Shown in pieces: positions 59,648 to 64,000 of a stretch of 64,000 nt of DNA. The position numbers and the translations under genes were made by a program. Below the pieces are notes generated by a model. That model was not told the DNA's origin. It ran no database searches and saw only the letters and a program-made list of their open reading frames with translations. Source of the stretch: Chthoniobacterales bacterium (lineage in GTDB: Bacteria; Verrucomicrobiota; Verrucomicrobiia; Chthoniobacterales; UBA10450); assembly GCA_035941955.1 (NCBI GenBank), contig DASZDO010000096.1, positions 40,534 to 104,533 on the forward strand, in the 5' to 3' direction. Position 1 is the first letter of the stretch. Every line of letters starts with the position of its first letter.

Positions 59648-60259
59648 ATGGCCACCAAAGATCCGAGAATCGACGCTTACATTGCAAAATCGGCGGACTT
59701 CGCGAAACCAATCCTGAAGCACCTCCGCAAAGTAGTCCACGCCGGTTGTCCGGACGTCGTGGAAACGTTGAAGTGGTCGATGCCCCACTTCGATCACAAA
59801 GGCGTGATGTGCGGGATGGCGGCCTTCAAGGAACATGGCGCGTTTGGTTTCTGGAAAGAGTCACTGGTTTTCGATCGCGACAAGGCCGCGGAAAAAACGG
59901 CGATGGGCAGCTTTGGATGCATCAAGTCGCTCGCGGATCTGCCAAGCGAAAAGAGGCTGATCGGCTACGTGAAGAAAGCGGCCGCGCTCAACGAAGCTGG
60001 AATCAAGACGCCGGGCCGCACCCAACCAAAAAAGAAGGAAGCGCTCTCCGTCCCCGACTACTTCAGCGCGGCGTTGAAAAAAAACGCGAAGGCGCGGAAA
60101 ACATTCGAGAACTTTCCGCCCAGCAAACAACGGGAATATCTCGAGTGGGTCACGGAAGCAAAACGCGAGCAAACCCGCAAAGAAAGGTTGGCGACTTCGA
60201 TCAAGTGGCTGGCCGACGGCAAACCACGGCACTGGGAATATATGCCGGCGAAGAAATAG
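59648..60259 (+). CDS. DUF1801 + YdeI/OmpD-associated domain protein
   Basis: The N-terminus DPRIDAYIAKSADFAKPILKHLRKVVHAGCPDVVETLKWSMPHF is DUF1801-like. The C-terminus has FENFPPSKQREYLEWVTEAKREQTRKERL (YdeI-like). Confidence 0.75.
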   Translation: MATKDPRIDAYIAKSADFAKPILKHLRKVVHAGCPDVVETLKWSMPHFDHKGVMCGMAAFKEHGAFGFWKESLVFDRDKAAEKTAMGSFGCIKSLADLPSEKRLIGYVKKAAALNEAGIKTPGRTQPKKKEALSVPDYFSAALKKNAKARKTFENFPPSKQREYLEWVTEAKREQTRKERLATSIKWLADGKPRHWEYMPAKK

Positions 60260-60357
60260 GTTTCGCGCTGCGAATCGCAAGCCAACGCAGCCAAAGTCAC
60301 TTCGGAACGCACGAGACGGGTGTAGGAATTCTCCTATACCCCTTCGGACGTTTCTTG

Positions 60358-60387
60358 TTGATTGGCTAAATCCAGGTTGGCCATAAT
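60358..60387 (+). promoter_or_regulatory. Putative promoter of paralogue 6
   Basis: TTGATT-N18-CATAAT. The same layout occurs before paralogue 7. Confidence 0.4.
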
Positions 60388-60431
60388 CCGGGGTGTAACC
60401 CTAAACATCACCCTAACGGAAAGAACACCCC

Positions 60432-60845
60432 ATGAAAAAAACATCCGCTCGTGAATCGGCCTTCTTCACTCCACGCATCTCAGTCGGTTGCCGCTTTGGT
60501 GCGATTGCTGTCGCCCTGACATTGCTGGCGTTTTTCGCACTCCCAACGCACTCCGCCCAGGCGTCTCGAGGATACTGTTCGGACGTGGACATCTATTATA
60601 CGTACGGCGGCCCTACCGGACTCTACGTCGAGATGGAAAGCCATACGCTCACCAACCCGTCTTACGCATGCACGGTTTTCTATACCACGGACGGGTCAAA
60701 TCCCACCCACAGTAGCTCAGTCTACTCCGGGCCGATTCCCATCCCTTACCTGCAATGCAAGCTTTTCAAGGCACGCGGATGGCTGCTGTATTATACGGAT
60801 TCGCAAAACATCACCTCTCTATATGTGTGTAATCCGCCGGACTGA
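60432..60845 (+). CDS. Small secreted Cys-containing CHB_HEX_C-like protein, paralogue 6
   Basis: CSDVDIYYTYGGPTGLYVEME, VFYTTDGSNPTHSS and YVCNPPD. Signal sequence with a long N-region. Confidence 0.75.
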   Translation: MKKTSARESAFFTPRISVGCRFGAIAVALTLLAFFALPTHSAQASRGYCSDVDIYYTYGGPTGLYVEMESHTLTNPSYACTVFYTTDGSNPTHSSSVYSGPIPIPYLQCKLFKARGWLLYYTDSQNITSLYVCNPPD

Positions 60846-60901
60846 TCTTCGAACGGTAGAGATTATTGCCGTCACGAAGTCCGGCGCGGTTTAGAAGGAA
60901 G

Positions 60902-60951
60902 TGCTCACAAGAGGAGTCAAACCTCCACGGCTTTCCCCATACGGTTCTGAG
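60902..60951 (-). pseudogene. Degenerate copy of the 3' 50 nt of tRNA-Leu(CAG)
   Basis: Aligns with 61583-61632 (acceptor 3' strand, T-arm, variable arm, 3' anticodon stem and loop) with about 4-5 substitutions. The 5' half is absent. Confidence 0.8.
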
Positions 60952-61030
60952 AAGCCAACGCAGCCAAAGGCACCTCGGACGCGCGAGACGGGTGTAGGAA
61001 TTCTCCTACATCCTCTTAAAACGTTTCTTC

Positions 61031-61060
61031 TTGTTCGGCCAAACCCAAGTTGGCCATAAT
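61031..61060 (+). promoter_or_regulatory. Putative promoter of paralogue 7
   Basis: TTGTTC-N18-CATAAT. Confidence 0.4.
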
Positions 61061-61092
61061 CCGGTTATTAACCCCAAAAAAGAAAGAACCCC

Positions 61093-61527
61093 ATGAAAAA
61101 AACATCCGGCCGTGAATCGGCCTTCTTCACTCCACGCATCTCAGGCGCTTGCCGCTTTGGTGCGATTGCTGTCGCCCTGACGTTGCTGGCGTTTTTCGCA
61201 CTCCCAACGCACTCCGCCCAGGCGTCTCGAGGATACTGTTCGGACGTGGAAATCTATTATGAGTACGGCGGCCCTACCGGAATCCAAATCGAGATGGAAA
61301 GCTATACGCTCACCGACCCGTCTTACGAATGCATGGTTTTCTTTACCACAGACGGTTCAAATCCCACGCACAGTGGCCCGACTCCGACCGGCAACACCTC
61401 GGTCTACTACGGGCCGCTTTCCGTCCCTTACCTGCAATGCAAGTTAGTTAAGGCACTCGGATGGCTGCTCTATTATTCGAATTCGCAAAACATCACCTCT
61501 GATTATATCTGTAACCCGCCGCAGTGA
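61093..61527 (+). CDS. Small secreted Cys-containing CHB_HEX_C-like protein, paralogue 7
   Basis: CSDVEIYYEYGGPTGIQIEME, VFFTTDGSNPTHSGPTPTG and YICNPPQ. The N-terminal 45 residues are nearly identical to paralogue 6. Confidence 0.75.
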   Translation: MKKTSGRESAFFTPRISGACRFGAIAVALTLLAFFALPTHSAQASRGYCSDVEIYYEYGGPTGIQIEMESYTLTDPSYECMVFFTTDGSNPTHSGPTPTGNTSVYYGPLSVPYLQCKLVKALGWLLYYSNSQNITSDYICNPPQ

Positions 61528-61582
61528 TCTTCGAGCGATAAGAATTATTGCCGTCACGAAGTCCGGCGCGGTTTAGGGGAAA

Positions 61583-61663
61583 TGCTCACGAGAGGAGTCG
61601 AACCTCCACGGGTTTCCCCATACGGTCCTGAGCCGTACGCGTCTGCCATTCCGCCACGTGAGC
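61583..61663 (-). tRNA. tRNA-Leu (anticodon CAG)
   Basis: The reverse complement GCTCACGTGGCGGAATGGCAGACGCGTACGGCTCAGGACCGTATGGGGAAACCCGTGGAGGTTCGACTCCTCTCGTGAGCA folds by hand. It gives a 7-bp acceptor stem, 3-bp D stem, anticodon stem TACGG/CCGTA with loop CTCAGGA, a 13-nt variable arm and a T-arm GGAGG-TTCGACT-CCTCT. No CCA is encoded. Confidence 0.85.
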
Positions 61664-61754
61664 CGCTGTCGGGAAGTGGTTGCTAAGGTGCGCGCGGGGC
61701 CGATTTCGCGCAAGGGCAAAGGAGCAAACGGCCAGGGTGGATCCAACGCTCCAC

Positions 61755-62633
61755 CTACTGGCGGCGTTTCTTGCGCGCGCGCTCTTCGAGCTGATTCGCC
61801 TGCCGGGCCTTGCCTAATGAGCGTAAGAGATCGGCGTAATTGGACGCCACGATTTCGTAATCCTCCGGTGGTTTTTCCGTCGCCTCTTCCCACGCCTTGA
61901 TCGAGGCGCGGTAGAGCTCCGAGGCCCGCGCATAATCGCCGTTGGAATGATAGACCACGGCCAGGTTGCACTTTGACTGCGCGATATCGGGATGCGTCGG
62001 CGGGTGGGCCTTTTCGCGAATGGCGAGCGCGCGGAGATGCGTTTTTTCCGCTTCGGCAAAACGCCGCTCGTTCGTGTAAAAAACGGCCAGGTTGTTCAGG
62101 ACGGAAGCGACATCCGGATGATCCGGCCCCAACTGCTTTTCGTAGATGTCGAGAGCGTGCAGATAATACGGCTCGGCCGCCTTTTGCCGCCCAGTCTTCC
62201 GATAGATCAAGGCGACGTTGTTCAGCATCGTTCCGAGATCGGAGTAAGGGATGTCCTCCATTTTGGAGCCGGTCTTGAAGGCCGTCTCATAATACCCGAC
62301 GGCGGCGTCGGTCTCGCCGAGGTTGTCGCAGAGAAAGCCAAGGCGGCGGGCGGAACGAAAAAGAGCGCGCTGGTCGACCGGGTCGGCCTTTTCCAGGAAG
62401 CCGTGTGCTTTGACGAGGAAAGGTTTGGCCGCGACGCGATCGCCCGCCTGGTCGTGAAGCTGGCCGAGCTTCTCCAGACTAAGGATGTATTTGGGGTCGC
62501 CCGGCTGGAACGCGCGCTTCGCCAGATCGAGCGAGGTCTCGGCTATGCGGATGGCCTCAGGCAGCCGATTGCTGGCACGCAGCATGTCCAGCTTGTCGTT
62601 GAGGATGCCCCATAACTTTTCCTCGCCCTTCAT
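61755..62633 (-). CDS. TPR-repeat protein
   Basis: Six or more TPR_12-like units (AEPYYLHALDIYEKQLGPDHPDVASVLNNLAVFY and others). Confidence 0.75.
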   Translation of the reverse strand: MKGEEKLWGILNDKLDMLRASNRLPEAIRIAETSLDLAKRAFQPGDPKYILSLEKLGQLHDQAGDRVAAKPFLVKAHGFLEKADPVDQRALFRSARRLGFLCDNLGETDAAVGYYETAFKTGSKMEDIPYSDLGTMLNNVALIYRKTGRQKAAEPYYLHALDIYEKQLGPDHPDVASVLNNLAVFYTNERRFAEAEKTHLRALAIREKAHPPTHPDIAQSKCNLAVVYHSNGDYARASELYRASIKAWEEATEKPPEDYEIVASNYADLLRSLGKARQANQLEERARKKRRQ

Positions 62634-62639
62634 TCCACA

Positions 62640-63146
62640 TTACCAACCCTCGCTCAGTTGGCTCACCAGGCGCCCCGCCAATTCCTCGGCAGCCAGGGGC
62701 AGCGCCTGCCGTTCGTCCGTAGCCACATCCGCCCCTACGAAAAAGCTCGTCGACCCGCCTGCTTCCGCCGGCCCCGCGAGCACCTTCCCGTCCCGTCCGA
62801 CCAGCGTATATCGCACCCGGAGCAAAAGATTGAATTCAGTGGTGGCGAGCACGTTGCCGCGAACGGAACGCGCGGGCGACCGGCCGACGGCAACGATTTC
62901 GCCTTTCAGGGTCGCGTCGGCGTTGCCTTCATTTGTAATGCGAAAGGTCCCGTCCTGTTGGAATTGCTTTATCACGGTGCCAGTAACCAAAGCCTCCACT
63001 CGCGGCACCAGCGTTACGTTTCGGAACGTCGGCACCGCGATCGAATGGATGTCGCGCAGGTAAGACGGCGTGGCTGGGCCGAGATGGTAACCGGCGCACC
63101 CGCTCAAGAAAAGCCCAAGCAGGAGAGTGGAGAGAGCTTTTTTCAC
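62640..63146 (-). CDS. lptE: LPS-assembly lipoprotein LptE-like
   Basis: Lipobox LFLSGC followed by AGYHLG. The size and IAVPTFRN...ALV...IKQF pattern are as in LptE. Lies downstream of a bamD-like gene. Confidence 0.65.
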   Translation of the reverse strand: MKKALSTLLLGLFLSGCAGYHLGPATPSYLRDIHSIAVPTFRNVTLVPRVEALVTGTVIKQFQQDGTFRITNEGNADATLKGEIVAVGRSPARSVRGNVLATTEFNLLLRVRYTLVGRDGKVLAGPAEAGGSTSFFVGADVATDERQALPLAAEELAGRLVSQLSEGW

Positions 63147-64000
63147 GACTCCGGCGTGGCCGTCGTTTCCGGCGACGGCGCGGGCGTCGGCAGATCAGTC
63201 GTAGACGATGGGGGCGCGGTGGTATTGTCGGGCAAAAGCGAGGCGGGCGGTGGCAACGACGTGTCGATGTCCGGAGGCGGCAGAGGCGCCGTCTCGTTCA
63301 TCTCGCTCTCGGAACGCGGGCTCTGCGTTGTCGCCGTCTTTTTGGTTCTCTGTTTGGCCGTGGCCGCGGTCACGGCGGGCGGTTGAAGCGCAGCGTCGCC
63401 GAGCTTTGCCCGCAGTTCGGAAATTCGTTTTTTCGCGCGTTCGCCTTCGACAGATCCGGGTTGCTGGCGGATGACATCATTATAATAGATGGCGGCCGCC
63501 CGATAACGTTTTTGTTTGTCGTAAAACTTCGCGATCTCGAAAGCCGTATTGGTCTGCTTGGTGTCCACGTTTTTCAAGTTCTCCCGGGCCTGCGCCGATT
63601 TTTCGCTTTGGGGATAGCGATAGAGAAAATCTTGAAAGCCAGTCTTTGCCCGCGCCGCGGCGTTCGGGTCGTACGTGCCCGATTTCAGCGCCTTGGTCCA
63701 GATGTACCCGATCTGGTACTGCGCGTCGACAGCGAGCGGGTCATTTGGAAACTTTTCCACGACTTGCTGGTATGCGGCCAGGGCCGCCTCGTTCGCCCCC
63801 TGTTTTTCGCGGGCCCGGCCCGTGTCGAAGTGCGCGCGCGCCGTGTACTTCCCGTAGGGGGCGGTGCGAATGATGGAGGCGAAAATATTGCAGGCCTCCT
63901 CCATCGACGCCTTGAAGGGAATGCCGAATATCTTCACCTTGCGGCCGGCCAGATAGATCTCGCCGATCCGGAAGAGTGCTTCAATGGATTCATCGAAGCG
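63143..64000 (-). CDS. bamD: Outer-membrane protein assembly factor BamD-like (5' partial, runs off the right edge) with a Pro/Thr-rich C-terminal tail
   Basis: The frame stays open to base 64000 (RFDESIEALFRIGEIYLAGRKVKIFGIPFK...). TPR-like helices include DAQYQIGYIW, FLYRYPQSEKSAQA and AKFYDKQKRYRAAAIYYNDV. Confidence 0.7.
   Translation of the reverse strand, partial: RFDESIEALFRIGEIYLAGRKVKIFGIPFKASMEEACNIFASIIRTAPYGKYTARAHFDTGRAREKQGANEAALAAYQQVVEKFPNDPLAVDAQYQIGYIWTKALKSGTYDPNAAARAKTGFQDFLYRYPQSEKSAQARENLKNVDTKQTNTAFEIAKFYDKQKRYRAAAIYYNDVIRQQPGSVEGERAKKRISELRAKLGDAALQPPAVTAATAKQRTKKTATTQSPRSESEMNETAPLPPPDIDTSLPPPASLLPDNTTAPPSSTTDLPTPAPSPETTATPES

Larger units (their letters stand above)
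60279..61632. repeat. Two tandem ~675-bp units, each with promoter + small-secreted-protein gene + 3' part of tRNA-Leu
   Basis: Unit A (60279-60951) and unit B (60952-61632) align end to end. The A/B junction falls after CTGAG of the tRNA anticodon loop. Confidence 0.85.

Noticed and set aside
60902-60951. The tRNA-like segment as a second functional tRNA gene.
   Set aside because: Only the 3' 50 nt are present, with substitutions in the acceptor and T stems. There is no 5' half, D-arm or anticodon stem partner.

Overview
GC-rich window (roughly 58-60% by eye, not computed) from a diderm bacterium. The gene content suggests a Verrucomicrobiota-like soil organism, but that is inference only: SBBP-repeat protein with a PEP-CTERM-like tail, GldG/DUF4340 ABC cluster, many four-helix-bundle IVS-type ORFs, LptE/BamD.

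Core content:
- pxpBCA
- recO
- a UDP-glucuronate decarboxylase
- lpdA-sucB-sucA
- an HtrA-like protease
- a GldA/F/G-like ABC cluster
- ubiE
- sdhCAB
- tRNA-Leu(CAG)
- lptE-bamD

Accessory or unusual content:
1. A ~6.5 kb insert has replaced the middle of a type IV pilus operon, leaving a truncated pilM and a secretin C-terminal stub. It carries an AT-richer gene that fuses a Hanks-type Ser/Thr kinase to a SAMHD1-type HD dNTPase domain.
2. A membrane-spanning TIR protein with two extracytoplasmic repeat domains is followed by a 12xTPR-CHAT (caspase-like) protein and a ZnF-UBP protein. I read this as a candidate conflict or signalling module.
3. There are seven intact paralogues and one fragment of a small secreted Cys-containing single-domain protein (chitobiase/hexosaminidase C-terminal-like). 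They lie in two tandem-duplicated arrays: one duplicated together with the pilM 5' end, the other with its junction in the anticodon loop of tRNA-Leu.
4. Four-helix-bundle (23S rRNA IVS-protein family) ORFs and ORF-less long hairpins built from short word repeats are inserted at junctions of housekeeping operons.
5. A MazF/PemK toxin-antitoxin pair is wedged between sdhC and sdhA.
6. Several REP-like palindromic repeat families are present, one copy apparently in-frame inside pxpC.

No CRISPR array, rRNA, integrase or transposase was seen. All family assignments come from motif recognition by eye; no searches were run.
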